From: a virus
Taxonomy: Duplodnaviria > Caudoviricetes
Reading direction: 5' to 3' (one strand)
IMG/VR virus record: IMGVR_UViG_3300037418_002116
Length of the DNA: 64,000 bases
The position numbers and the translations under genes are program-made. The notes under the pieces are model-generated. The model searched no databases, was not told the DNA's origin, and saw only the letters and a list, made by a program, of their open reading frames with translations. Positions 17,546 to 26,976 of this stretch are shown one piece after another. Numbering within the stretch: the first letter of the stretch is position 1; each line of letters opens with the position of its first letter.

Positions 17546-17968
17546 TCAACCCGGATATTTCTTTAATTCATAATATGTGTAATCCGAATTTTTCCCCTGC
17601 ATATAATCCATTTCCAGCTTATGATAGTTCAGCATTCGACCAAATCGAGCCGAATCGATGATACCACATGCTTTGCAGCCATTGGCGATGGTTTCTGCCC
17701 GCTTGGCAACCCGCTCTTCCGTGGTTTCATCCTCGGACATTTCCCACAAATCGAAATATGGATTGTCGTTGGCGTTGGCGTCCAGCCAAGCATCATATTG
17801 CGGAACATTGTCTCGCAACCACTGGCGAACTTTTTCACCAGATTTGAGGGTGTTCTGGCTTCGCAGAATATTGCAAAGCTCTATCGCCTCTTTCTCGGTT
17901 TCCACATACAGGAAAGGATCACACACATGGTGATCATAATCAGATTCTTCATAACAAATTGCGTACAT
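17546..17968 (-). CDS. Hypothetical protein
   Basis: ORF in array with AGGA RBS. Confidence 0.65.
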   Translation of the reverse strand: MYAICYEESDYDHHVCDPFLYVETEKEAIELCNILRSQNTLKSGEKVRQWLRDNVPQYDAWLDANANDNPYFDLWEMSEDETTEERVAKRAETIANGCKACGIIDSARFGRMLNYHKLEMDYMQGKNSDYTYYELKKYPG

Positions 17969-17971
17969 GTT

Positions 17972-18265
17972 TCAATCCTTCCCCAAAAACCAATTCCAAA
18001 AGTTTTTGCCAAAAATTTTCCATAACGACTTGAAATTTGGAAGAGTGAAAGTGTCGATCCTTACTTCACTTGTTTTAACAAAAACCACTGGCAACGGGTT
18101 GTCACCACGCTTCCATTCGTTCGGGCGATAGCAACAAATATAACCATCGTCGCCCGGAACTTTCAATCCAGTACCAAAAACTTCTAATTTGATGCCGGAA
18201 TCATGGATCACATCGACATATTTGATTTCTTTGCCGTTCTTGTCTCTATGATATTCGAGTGACAT
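17972..18265 (-). CDS. Hypothetical protein
   Basis: ORF in array. Confidence 0.6.
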   Translation of the reverse strand: MSLEYHRDKNGKEIKYVDVIHDSGIKLEVFGTGLKVPGDDGYICCYRPNEWKRGDNPLPVVFVKTSEVRIDTFTLPNFKSLWKIFGKNFWNWFLGKD

Positions 18266-18435
18266 GGTTCAACCCTTCAACTGAATGGTCGTCGTGCCAT
18301 CGTTCTTTTTTGACACGATGATTTCCCGATCAGCAAGGCGAAGTGTGTTCACCGTCTGATGTGAAGCCAGAAGGAATTCCAGAAGGGAATCCACCTGTCC
18401 GGCTTTGTGCTTGTATTCCTGATACTTTGAAGTCA

Positions 18436-18759
18436 TCAATCATCATCCATCTGGTATAGATCATACTTTTCGCAGATCACAGCCCAATTCTTCTTAATAA
18501 ATTCTCGGCATTCTTCTTCGGTCGAGCGCTTTGCCTTCAAGGTAATCCATGCGAAGTCACAAGGATCAGCTTCGGAAGGAACTTTCTTGACCATCAGGCG
18601 AATAAACCAGTCATCACCTTGACTGGAAAATCGATTCGGAGGCGTGATCGCACCGCACTTCTTCTTATCAGCCTTGATTTGTGTGGTCGGGTTCGGTTCG
18701 GCAATCGCTCGCAAACCGGTTTCCTTCTTTTCCTTCTTAAAACTTAGCTTCATGTTCAT
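18436..18759 (-). CDS. Hypothetical early protein
   Basis: GAGGAATG start downstream of the promoter at ~18775-18803. Confidence 0.7.
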   Translation of the reverse strand: MNMKLSFKKEKKETGLRAIAEPNPTTQIKADKKKCGAITPPNRFSSQGDDWFIRLMVKKVPSEADPCDFAWITLKAKRSTEEECREFIKKNWAVICEKYDLYQMDDD

Positions 18760-18820
18760 TCCTCTTTGTCCAATTTATATAATAGAAATATATAGATGTC
18801 AAGAGGCGAATCTACAAACG

Positions 18821-19165
18821 AAAGTGGGCTTGTTTCGCACTCCACCGCATAGAAGACGGTTGGAACGAAACAAGCCCTTTCTGGCTTGGCCACGAAGCCG
18901 CTTTCAAAGGAACATGGTGCGAACAGAAATTCTACTCCGATGGTGAATCTCTGCTTTATGTTCCGTCTCGGCGCTCGGATTGTTGTAACGGGCCGTAATC
19001 CGGTAGCCCAAATATACACTCACACTTTGTTTCACACGCAAGCCCGGCAAGGTGACCAATTATTCGGTCGAAGCCTTTGTGATTTTTGCCAATCACATTT
19101 CTGTTGTGGCGGTGCCGGTCCCGCTTAGCGGGGGCTTTTGCCCATGCCGCATTGATAGCGGCTTC
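18821..19165 (-). ncRNA. Candidate structured ncRNA (hairpin array)
   Basis: No ORF with an RBS; 12-bp perfect stem GGGCTTGTTTCG/CGAAACAAGCCC, GGAACAT/ATGTTCC and further stems; G-U pairs favour the minus strand. Confidence 0.5.
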
Positions 19166-19273
19166 AATCAACAATCAATCTAGGTTTCGGCGCTTTGTCA
19201 AGCATGAAAACAACTTAGAAGAAAACACACCTACCTTTTCTTAATGGGGCCTGTTCAGTTCCCCGGTTTCTAT

Positions 19274-19427
19274 AAAAAAGGGTTGGTGAACGTCCTGCAC
19301 CGTTCTTTAATCCCCATGTGTTCGGGGAACCCACAAGAAACCAGTCCGCTGACATCAATTTCTGACCGCCTAGGCTGGCTTCCTACTTCCTTTCCGAGAA
19401 AGCGCTACTTCCGTCTCGCTCCCTACA
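19274..19427 (-). ncRNA. Candidate ~150-nt small RNA
   Basis: Promoter at 19434-19462, stems AGGAAGCCAG/CTGGTTTCTT, TCCCC/GGGGA, GAACG/CGTTC, ends GGGTT/AACCC + T6. Confidence 0.55.
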
Positions 19428-19433
19428 GTCATC

Positions 19434-19462
19434 AATATAATCACCATTTTTCTGGTGTCAAC
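19434..19462 (-). promoter_or_regulatory. Early promoter firing into non-coding DNA
   Basis: GTTGAC-N17-TATATT. Confidence 0.75.
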
Positions 19463-19498
19463 AGGAAAAATTCAAAAAATGAAAATTTCTGGAACAAT

Positions 19499-20104
19499 TT
19501 ATGATTCTATAATCTTTTCAATGACTTCCCAAATCTCGTCTTCATCCATCACTTTGGAGAACGGACATACCGATGGAGCATCTATCGCTTTGATAATCCT
19601 AGCGTTTTCTTTGAAAATGTGTTCACGACGGAGGAATGTGATGGTCGGGACAGGGTATTCGATTCTATGGAAAACATCCCGAGTGAGATTGTAGGTCTGT
19701 CCGGTTTCCACCGTGAAGTCGGCTAGACGATGAATCATGCACTCACCAAGGAATGCCGGTTCTTTGCCAACGTCATCCTTTTTGCATGACACTTCATAGA
19801 GTCCATATTCGGCAAAACACACACTCTCATATGTGTAAAGCGTATTCATCAGAGCGCCTTTGATGACGGTCGATGAAAAATCGTAGCGGTGATCGTGAAT
19901 TTCCTCTTGATCGAGGATTGGCATAACGTCCGGATGATAGAAGTGGAGGCGTTCGACGGCATTCAGTTTGAGTTGGATGAAGCCAAGTCCAAAATAATTC
20001 GGTTTACCCAGAGTTTTCAGCCGGGCAATGTCAAGATATTCGTGTTTAGGCATTTTTTCCTTCATTAGAAATGAAAATGGCAACGAAGAAAACTCCGCTG
20101 CCAT
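19499..20104 (-). CDS. Hypothetical protein, possible cupin fold
   Basis: IHDHRYDFSS...G...N and HRI metal-binding pattern. Confidence 0.6.
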   Translation of the reverse strand: MAAEFSSLPFSFLMKEKMPKHEYLDIARLKTLGKPNYFGLGFIQLKLNAVERLHFYHPDVMPILDQEEIHDHRYDFSSTVIKGALMNTLYTYESVCFAEYGLYEVSCKKDDVGKEPAFLGECMIHRLADFTVETGQTYNLTRDVFHRIEYPVPTITFLRREHIFKENARIIKAIDAPSVCPFSKVMDEDEIWEVIEKIIES

Positions 20105-20109
20105 TTTAT

Positions 20110-20718
20110 TTAGTTGTTCACCACAAGTTTCAGCTTAGGTTGCTGAACATTCAATGTGCCGGGTGCAAATCCCGGTAGGAACTGTTCCCAAAATGCGTCG
20201 TCAATCGTCATCGGATACCGCTTACGAATTTCGAGCATCTGATAGAATGATGGTTCAAAGATTTTTTTCTTTGGAGCCCATCTACCAACTGGCAAAGATG
20301 CACCTTTCATGAGATTGCATGAAGGACATGAAGCCACAACATTTTCCCATTCGGTCTTACCACCTTTAGCTCTTGGAATCACATGGTCATCCGTGATGGA
20401 ATTCGATTGATTCCTTTGAGTAGTCAAAGGCATATCGCACCAGAAGCACTTACCAGAATCACGATAGTACAAGGTTTCCTTGTTCAACTGAATCTTGTTC
20501 GTGAATTTTCTGGCTGAATTGGTAACGATCACTGATGGCCAACGCAAATCCGTTCTTGACGGAGTCAAGATTGGCCGATCATACCAATGCACAACATTGT
20601 TCTTACCAAGCAGATATCCCACAATGGCGTCACGTGCCGGAATAAGCGACAACGGAAACACCGAATGCGGCATAAAATTCTTGTTCAGGACCAATGTTCT
20701 CAAATTTACTTCTGACAC
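20110..20718 (-). CDS. HNH endonuclease (McrA-like)
   Basis: TLVLN N-terminus, YRDSGKCFWC, DHVIPRAKGG, NVVASCPSCN. Confidence 0.9.
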   Translation of the reverse strand: MSEVNLRTLVLNKNFMPHSVFPLSLIPARDAIVGYLLGKNNVVHWYDRPILTPSRTDLRWPSVIVTNSARKFTNKIQLNKETLYYRDSGKCFWCDMPLTTQRNQSNSITDDHVIPRAKGGKTEWENVVASCPSCNLMKGASLPVGRWAPKKKIFEPSFYQMLEIRKRYPMTIDDAFWEQFLPGFAPGTLNVQQPKLKLVVNN

Positions 20719-21150
20719 GTTTCTAACCTTTCTCCTATGTCAATAGCTATGTTCAATAAAGAATCTAATGAAATCAAGCAAGTAACGAAATGTTACAAAA
20801 TGTTACTTGACTATTTCTCCATACTCTTCTAAGGTGACTCTTTATGAGCCTTTATGAATCTTAGTGATTCAATGGTTCTTCGGTAACTTCGTTACCTTCG
20901 AATGTTCTTCGAACATATCTAGTGTTTATATCAATAGATTCTGAAACAAATTACAGGATTTTGGTGAGAAATCCGATAGAATGGGGTTCCAGACCATTTT
21001 ATTTAGAGCGTTCGCCATACCATAGAAAACCAGAGGAATCAATAGACAGCCAAAAAATTCAAATTATTGAAAAATAGCCTCTTGACACTCCATTCTTGTT
21101 CATATAATTATTCCCTGTAAGTTGAAATGCGAACCCAAGGGAAGGGTTGA

Positions 21151-22455
21151 TTGCGAATGAAGCAAGTTAAGAATCCCCACGATTTCTACCGCATGGCAAA
21201 TGCCATGTTCGGTGAGACTCGTGACGTTAGCCGCCTAGGTTGGGCGGAAATCGAAGCCATTTCGGTTACGAACGATGTTCGTGTTCCGGGTTGGGTTCGT
21301 GCTTCCGCTACCGGCAAGGGTAAGAATAAGGTCTACTCGACCGTTCCTCCCAAGGCCACGTCCGATGTCAACACGCTGAACGGTGCGGTTCCGGCTAATA
21401 AGCCGAAGGTCCAGTATTACGTCAAGGTTTCGCCTCGTAATCTGGAAACCAACAAGTTCATGTCGGTGAAGGATGATCCGATTGCACAGGCTATGACCGC
21501 CGATTTGGAGTCCGCTCTGAATGCGTCGGCTTCGCCGGTTGCCATCGATGCCGCCACGGTCGATCCGGAAAAGCTCTTTTCGGATATGGCTGACCTTGTG
21601 TCGCTAGTCGTTGATAACGTCGCCAAGGCGCTGCTTATCTATGGCGGCGGCGGCACGGGCAAGAGCTTTGGTGTCTATGAAGCTCTTAGACAGGCTGGCT
21701 ACGTTCGGGATGAAGATTTCTTCGTCTACAAGGGCAAGGTCACTCCTGCTTCGCTCTACCAGATCATGTTCATCCACAGGGATGACAACAAGCTTCTGGT
21801 GTTCGATGATGCCGATAGCGCTTGGGAATCCGAAGACTCGGCTATGATCCTTAAGGGCGCTCTCGATACCACGGATATGGAAAACCGTGAAATTTCGTGG
21901 TCCACCAATCGTACCGTCAACGTCGATAAGTGGGACTCGGAAAAGCGGGCCAAGTATGCCGCCGAAATGGACGAACTGCTTGAAAAGCAGGGCGACGATG
22001 AAGAGGAAGACGCCAAGCCGGAATCGGTGACTCCGGAACAGGCGGCGTTGGAGCCGGAAAAGTACTTCAAGGATGGCCGTCCGAAGATGAAGGCTTTCCA
22101 GAAGAAGGAAAAGGTTTTCCGGATGCCTGCGAAGTTTGTCTTCCATGGTCGTGTCATCTTCATTTCGAACAAGCCTCGTTCGGACTTCGATAAGGACGTT
22201 CTGACTCGGTGCTACAAGATCGACATGAGCTTGACGCCGGAACAGATGTTCATGCGGATGGAAAAGCTTCTGCCCTACATGGTGCCGGAAGTTCCGGAAG
22301 CCACGATGGATTTGAAGCATCGGGTTCTGGTGACCTTGAAGGCTCTGTACAAGTCGGGCAATCTCGAAAACCCGAGTCTTCGGACCTTCGATGCGGCTAT
22401 CAGGATTGCCGCAAGGGGCAAGCCGAATTGGGCAGACCTTCTCCGTTACACCTGA
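21151..22455 (+). CDS. Phage AAA+ ATPase
   Basis: GGGGTGKS Walker A, LLVFDDAD Walker B, ILKGALD, VIFISN; followed by a strong terminator. Confidence 0.85.
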   Translation: MRMKQVKNPHDFYRMANAMFGETRDVSRLGWAEIEAISVTNDVRVPGWVRASATGKGKNKVYSTVPPKATSDVNTLNGAVPANKPKVQYYVKVSPRNLETNKFMSVKDDPIAQAMTADLESALNASASPVAIDAATVDPEKLFSDMADLVSLVVDNVAKALLIYGGGGTGKSFGVYEALRQAGYVRDEDFFVYKGKVTPASLYQIMFIHRDDNKLLVFDDADSAWESEDSAMILKGALDTTDMENREISWSTNRTVNVDKWDSEKRAKYAAEMDELLEKQGDDEEEDAKPESVTPEQAALEPEKYFKDGRPKMKAFQKKEKVFRMPAKFVFHGRVIFISNKPRSDFDKDVLTRCYKIDMSLTPEQMFMRMEKLLPYMVPEVPEATMDLKHRVLVTLKALYKSGNLENPSLRTFDAAIRIAARGKPNWADLLRYT

Positions 22456-22470
22456 TCGGTGTCGCAACAA

Positions 22471-22498
22471 GAAAGGCCCGGATCACTCCGGGCCTTTC
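22471..22498. terminator. Intrinsic (possibly bidirectional) terminator
   Basis: GAAAGGCCCGGA-tcac-TCCGGGCCTTTC. Confidence 0.8.
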
Positions 22499-22904
22499 GC
22501 TTTATCGGTCTTTCCCGATTGTCCGATAGAACGATCTTCCGGTTTAGAAACGATTCTCCGTTACCACAGATTCAAACCCGCTCATTCGGGATGTTTCCAT
22601 ATTGGTAAGGACCACGAATGCTTCCGGTGGATTGGAGAGTCCAGTCAGGACGAAAGGATAAACAACCGACTGGAAATCCACGAGCTTCTATCTGCCATCC
22701 GTTACTTCTACCCGTGCCACAGATGGCTAGGCACGATGCTCACACACGAAACCATAGCGCATAGGCGCACAAAACTCCATACAGGACATACCACGTCCAA
22801 GCTGGCGGGCGGAAGTCAATACCGCCATCCATCCACTCGACCGTGAAGCCGGTCGGTTCATTCAACTTCTTTTTCAGTTTCTTGATATCGTATTTCATGG
22901 CCAT

Positions 22905-23498
22905 TCAATTCGCTATGGCCTTACCAAGGCCCGGAATAATCTCTAGAAGGCGCTCCGTCTCGACAAAGAACCACACCTTCGCTCTACCGTTTGGCGTGGC
23001 CATTTCGGTATATGCTTGCTCGTCATACGCCACAGCAGCGGTGGAATGGGTCACACAATCCACCAGACACACGGCGATCTTGGAATCTTTGGTTCGCATC
23101 CCCGGCGATGCACCAACGGGCAAAACCACGTCGGCGTTTTGCCGTAGCCATTCCTCTTTGGTCATATCAGGCGGATTGATGTAATAGCTCATGCGATTCT
23201 CTTCCTTTTCTTCAAAACCGATGATGTGCTTTTTCTCGAATTCAATCAGCATGTTAGGGAACAAAATCCCGGCGAAGATGAATGGTTGATTCATCAACAC
23301 CCCTGCGAATTTGTTGCCGTTGATTTTGGTAACCTCAACCCACATGCGTTCGTCGCCGTCTTCACCCACAGAAAGAAAACAGAGCTTCACATAGTCGCCT
23401 ATGCGAATTGCAGCCTTTTCAGCGTTTGATGGTATCTCAAAGGTGTGTGGCGACCGATTGTGAGCCCGAACGCCATCCAAGAGCCTGTAGAACTGCAT
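22905..23498 (-). CDS. Hypothetical two-domain protein; N-half DUF2314-like
   Basis: VKLCF...GERMWVEV...G.L.NQP; internal RBS+ATG at 23192. Confidence 0.6.
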   Translation of the reverse strand: MQFYRLLDGVRAHNRSPHTFEIPSNAEKAAIRIGDYVKLCFLSVGEDGDERMWVEVTKINGNKFAGVLMNQPFIFAGILFPNMLIEFEKKHIIGFEEKEENRMSYYINPPDMTKEEWLRQNADVVLPVGASPGMRTKDSKIAVCLVDCVTHSTAAVAYDEQAYTEMATPNGRAKVWFFVETERLLEIIPGLGKAIAN

Positions 23499-23505
23499 TG
23501 GAGCC

Positions 23506-23838
23506 TCACAGAAGCGTTGCGGCGGGTTGATTGGCCTTTGCAGCCTCTTGTCTTGCCTTGCGATCTAGAAGCTGTTCTTGAACCGCTATAGCGACGGATG
23601 TAATCCGTGACTCGATGTCGGAAAGCTCATTCAGCATTTCCGTGTGCTGGTCACGTGCCAATTCATAGGTTCCGGCTTTTGCCGTCTGATAGTCACGCCC
23701 ATGTGGCGTTCCTTCCCGCAAGAGCCCCTGTAGCGTGTGAACAGCGTCCAGAGTCTTGATATAGTGCGCCATCAACGAGTCACCGTCTGTGCCGTTCAAA
23801 TTAAGAACGGGAAACGCTATCTTGTTCGGTTGGTTCAT
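23506..23838 (-). CDS. Hypothetical protein
   Basis: LNGT...PHGRDYQ motif typical of small phage proteins. Confidence 0.7.
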   Translation of the reverse strand: MNQPNKIAFPVLNLNGTDGDSLMAHYIKTLDAVHTLQGLLREGTPHGRDYQTAKAGTYELARDQHTEMLNELSDIESRITSVAIAVQEQLLDRKARQEAAKANQPAATLL

Positions 23839-24013
23839 TTGCTTTCCTCCTTTTCAATCCCTTTTCGGCTAAGGCGAAACCGCCCCTAATTTCCTTTAAG
23901 CGTCGTATCGACATGCCGTCATAGGTTTCATAGAGCTTGAACCACTTCCATGCTGGCGGGTTCGACAATTCCATCAGTTGCAGGACAAGCTTTTTCTTTT
24001 CCTGCATCAGCTA

Positions 24014-24364
24014 TCAGCCTTCCTCGATACCACGTTCCGAAAAGTCGTTTTCGGCATCGAAAACTTTAATGATCCGGCCTTCCTTGGCGGCGACAACATG
24101 AGCATCAGCGACCTTCGCCATATGGTACAGTTGTGCCTTGGCAATTTCCTTGGCCTTGTCCGTACCAGTTTCGAACGCCAGAACGATGATATCAGCGATT
24201 TTGTTCCACGACGGAGTCATGTCAACCGTGCCGACTTCGATTTCGGCATTTTCCTTCAATCGAGGATCGTCGGGCTCAACATAAGTTTTTATGCCATACT
24301 TATCCGGTTCGCCAAGCTGGACTTGTTCCGGATGAAGTTTGCTGCCGTAATAAGTTGCATTCAT
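24014..24364 (-). CDS. Hypothetical early protein
   Basis: AGGAG RBS downstream of a promoter. Confidence 0.7.
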   Translation of the reverse strand: MNATYYGSKLHPEQVQLGEPDKYGIKTYVEPDDPRLKENAEIEVGTVDMTPSWNKIADIIVLAFETGTDKAKEIAKAQLYHMAKVADAHVVAAKEGRIIKVFDAENDFSERGIEEG

Positions 24365-24415
24365 TGATCGACTCCTATTTTCCCTAATATAATGTTTCTA
24401 TTGAAGAAAATCAAG

Positions 24416-24853
24416 TCAATAATAACGCCATTTTTCGTAGGGAAACTTGTCGTCATTGGCTTTCAGGAAGGCGATACCGTCTGCCGTAACCGGGCGATAG
24501 CTGCGAAGCGCATGACCATGAATGTGACCGCCATTCTTGGAAATCGAGCCATCCCAATTTTTCCATTCGAAAAAGCGCAAAAATTTGTCACTGAATTTTT
24601 TCGGTGGCGAGCCTCGGCGTAGTGGCCCAAGGTGCCCATCGTCAATCAAGCGCTGAACGTCCGGATTATCCATCCCCACGCCACCTTCACAATGGAAGTA
24701 CAGGCCACCCGACAATGGTCCCTCTTTACGCTCCAAATCGGCAATAGAAATGTAACCGAGTCGCCAGCCAATTCGATACCACGAATAGCATCCAACGGCA
24801 CGGCGTAAGAGCTTGATCCGCCTCCCAAGTGATTTGTGTTTATCAGCACTCAT
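24416..24853 (-). CDS. Hypothetical basic protein
   Basis: Start at MSADKHK after AGGAG RBS and promoter. Confidence 0.65.
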   Translation of the reverse strand: MSADKHKSLGRRIKLLRRAVGCYSWYRIGWRLGYISIADLERKEGPLSGGLYFHCEGGVGMDNPDVQRLIDDGHLGPLRRGSPPKKFSDKFLRFFEWKNWDGSISKNGGHIHGHALRSYRPVTADGIAFLKANDDKFPYEKWRYY

Positions 24854-24905
24854 TTCCAATTCTCCTATTATATTGAATATATTGATTATTTTTCGATTTG
24901 TCAAG

Positions 24906-24930
24906 AAAAAAGGGAGCCCGAAAGCTCCCT
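24906..24930 (-). terminator. Intrinsic terminator (near-identical copy at 28604-28629)
   Basis: AGGGAGC-ccgaaa-GCTCCCT with U-run on minus strand. Confidence 0.75.
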
Positions 24931-24955
24931 TGAAATTCACGATTCGTTAACCGCT

Positions 24956-25957
24956 CTAAGCTGCCTGTGCGTATTCCATGGCCTTGTTGAGTGCCGTGAT
25001 CTTCTTATCCTTCATGGAACCGAACCAGATGTTGTTCAGGCGTCCCTCTGCCGAACGACCAAGCTTGTGGTCCATCAGATAGGTGACGGCGTTGAAAGGC
25101 TGCCACCACGTGCCTTCCCCGAGCTTCGCACCGGGTTGCGTATCCATGGCTTCCAAGGCAAGGCGAGCGTTGCGGTTGCCGGAAGCGTTGTCGTTGTCGG
25201 CGGTGACCTTCTTCGAAAAGGACGGGAAGATTTCGTTGAAATATTCCTGAACGGCTTCCTTCCGGAAACTCTTCGAAGCGAGGAACTTAGCCCGTTCCTG
25301 ATATTCGATGAAGTTCTCATGCGCCGTGAACAGCGTCTTTTTGGCGGCTTCCGGATCGAATTGGTTCTTGTGGTTGACACGCACGACCGATGCCGACGAT
25401 TTCGACAGCGCCAGCGACAGTGTATTCCAGCACACGACACGGGTAGGCGTCATGTCGATGGTGATTGTCTGACCATAGATGTGAGGATTCGAGAACAGAA
25501 GATAATTCTCGATTTCGTCTTCCTTCACCAGACCCTTTTTGCCGACGAAACGAAGCGCAAAGGTTTCCTTGGTCTTGGCCAGAGCCCAAACACGCTTGCC
25601 GTTCATCAGAGAACCGGCAGTGTTCATTTCCAGTTCGCCAAGGTCCACAAATTCCTTGAAAAACTTGAAGGCTTCGGCATTCTGCAAAGGATGCCAGTCA
25701 TCGGGAACGAATGACAGAATGGATTGATCGGTATCCCGAATCAGCGCCGTCATATCGGTTTTGCGAAAGTCGAAATTGGAAAGCTTGTTCCCGGCATTGC
25801 GGTTGATGTTCATATAGAGTGGCTGTTTTGAAACAGTCCAATCCACACCAGCTTCCTTCATGATTTCTTCCGGCGACAGGTTCGGCATGACACGATTTCC
25901 GAAACCATGCCACGGTGTTTCGCCAGCGTAAGCCATTGTTTCTACAAGAGCGGACAT
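24956..25957 (-). CDS. DUF932-family phage/plasmid protein
   Basis: METMAYAGETPWHG, GSLMNGKRVWALAK, NYLLFSN.H, TPTRVVCWNTL, GTWWQPFNAVT. Confidence 0.88.
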   Translation of the reverse strand: MSALVETMAYAGETPWHGFGNRVMPNLSPEEIMKEAGVDWTVSKQPLYMNINRNAGNKLSNFDFRKTDMTALIRDTDQSILSFVPDDWHPLQNAEAFKFFKEFVDLGELEMNTAGSLMNGKRVWALAKTKETFALRFVGKKGLVKEDEIENYLLFSNPHIYGQTITIDMTPTRVVCWNTLSLALSKSSASVVRVNHKNQFDPEAAKKTLFTAHENFIEYQERAKFLASKSFRKEAVQEYFNEIFPSFSKKVTADNDNASGNRNARLALEAMDTQPGAKLGEGTWWQPFNAVTYLMDHKLGRSAEGRLNNIWFGSMKDKKITALNKAMEYAQAA

Positions 25958-26152
25958 TCGAATTTCCTTTCGAAGAACTAGGTTGCAATATCCAGAATTT
26001 AGGTAATGAAAATCCAATTGTCAAGGCGTTTTCGTAACGAAAATAAAAAAAGTTGTGTGTGCCGGGTTGTTTACACCTGTGACATGGTGTAGACACACCT
26101 TCACCAAACGGCGTTCGCCGGGCGGTTTTCAAACAAAAAATGGAGATTGTGA

Positions 26153-26461
26153 ATGGCTAAGAATGATTCGGCATTGGCCGTGGCTGTTGCCAGCTTTACC
26201 GTGGCTTTGATGACCATGGAGGAAGCAAAGAAGAAGGCTGATGCAGCGTTGTCGATTATCAATCAGTCGATCATGTCGTCCCTGAACTTGAAGGACGAAA
26301 AGGGATGGTTGACGGAAGCCGGAAAAGCTACGCTTCGCCATTATTGGGAAGCGGAAATGCCGGTCAAGAAGGCATCAGAACTGATGGATATTTCCTACAG
26401 CGCCGCCCGCACTTATTTCATGCGCTGGAATGAGGAATGGGACGAAGCAAACGCTGCTTGA
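26153..26461 (+). CDS. Putative helix-turn-helix regulator
   Basis: C-terminal MPVKKASELMDISYSAARTYF; GGAGA RBS; 11-bp terminator hairpin at 26470-26500. Confidence 0.55.
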   Translation: MAKNDSALAVAVASFTVALMTMEEAKKKADAALSIINQSIMSSLNLKDEKGWLTEAGKATLRHYWEAEMPVKKASELMDISYSAARTYFMRWNEEWDEANAA

Positions 26462-26601
26462 CAACTAGAGGGCTTCGGAGTCTTGGCAACTCCGAAGCCC
26501 CCATCCTTCCCCGATGTACTTGCGATGACTCAAGTCATACCCCAACACTGAACATTTTAGAACACACTAATAAGCAGTCAATGGGGCACAAAGCCCCATA
26601 A

Positions 26602-26976
26602 TTAACCACCAAAAGTCGCATGTTTCCAGCCGATTTCGGCCAATTTCACGAAAAAGTGGCGCTGCTTCGCCGCCTTCGTCTTGAAGATTTCGGCGGCATT
26701 TGCGCTCATTTCCGTAAGCTGGATCATGAGCCGGGCCGTGTTCAGATCGCACAAAAGCGGCTCAAAATTTTTGTAGTCCTCGAAAAACTGGAAATTCTTT
26801 TTTAAATCGAACAGCCCTTCGTCTGGCCACACAAGATAGCCGTGGCCAGTCCAGTTTTTGAATGCTTCGATGGACGGAAGCTGGCAATTTTTCCATTTCT
26901 TGCCAACGGCGACTTGATCATCCCGATTGTATTCGAGATTTTCGGCGTATTCCACAGGATCGATGATTTCGGTCAT
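26602..26976 (-). CDS. Hypothetical protein
   Basis: ATGA overlap in array. Confidence 0.65.
   Translation of the reverse strand: MTEIIDPVEYAENLEYNRDDQVAVGKKWKNCQLPSIEAFKNWTGHGYLVWPDEGLFDLKKNFQFFEDYKNFEPLLCDLNTARLMIQLTEMSANAAEIFKTKAAKQRHFFVKLAEIGWKHATFGG

Noticed and set aside
18756-19174. ORFs 18756-19019 and 18956-19174 as proteins, or a tmRNA tag region
   Set aside because: No RBS, one runs through the next promoter, and no tmRNA acceptor/T-arm or ANDN-type tag found
21417-22470. Minus-strand ORFs antisense to the AAA+ ATPase (and 33274-33888, 24836-25714, 57367-57948)
   Set aside because: Antisense shadows of genes with strong codon bias; no motifs or RBS
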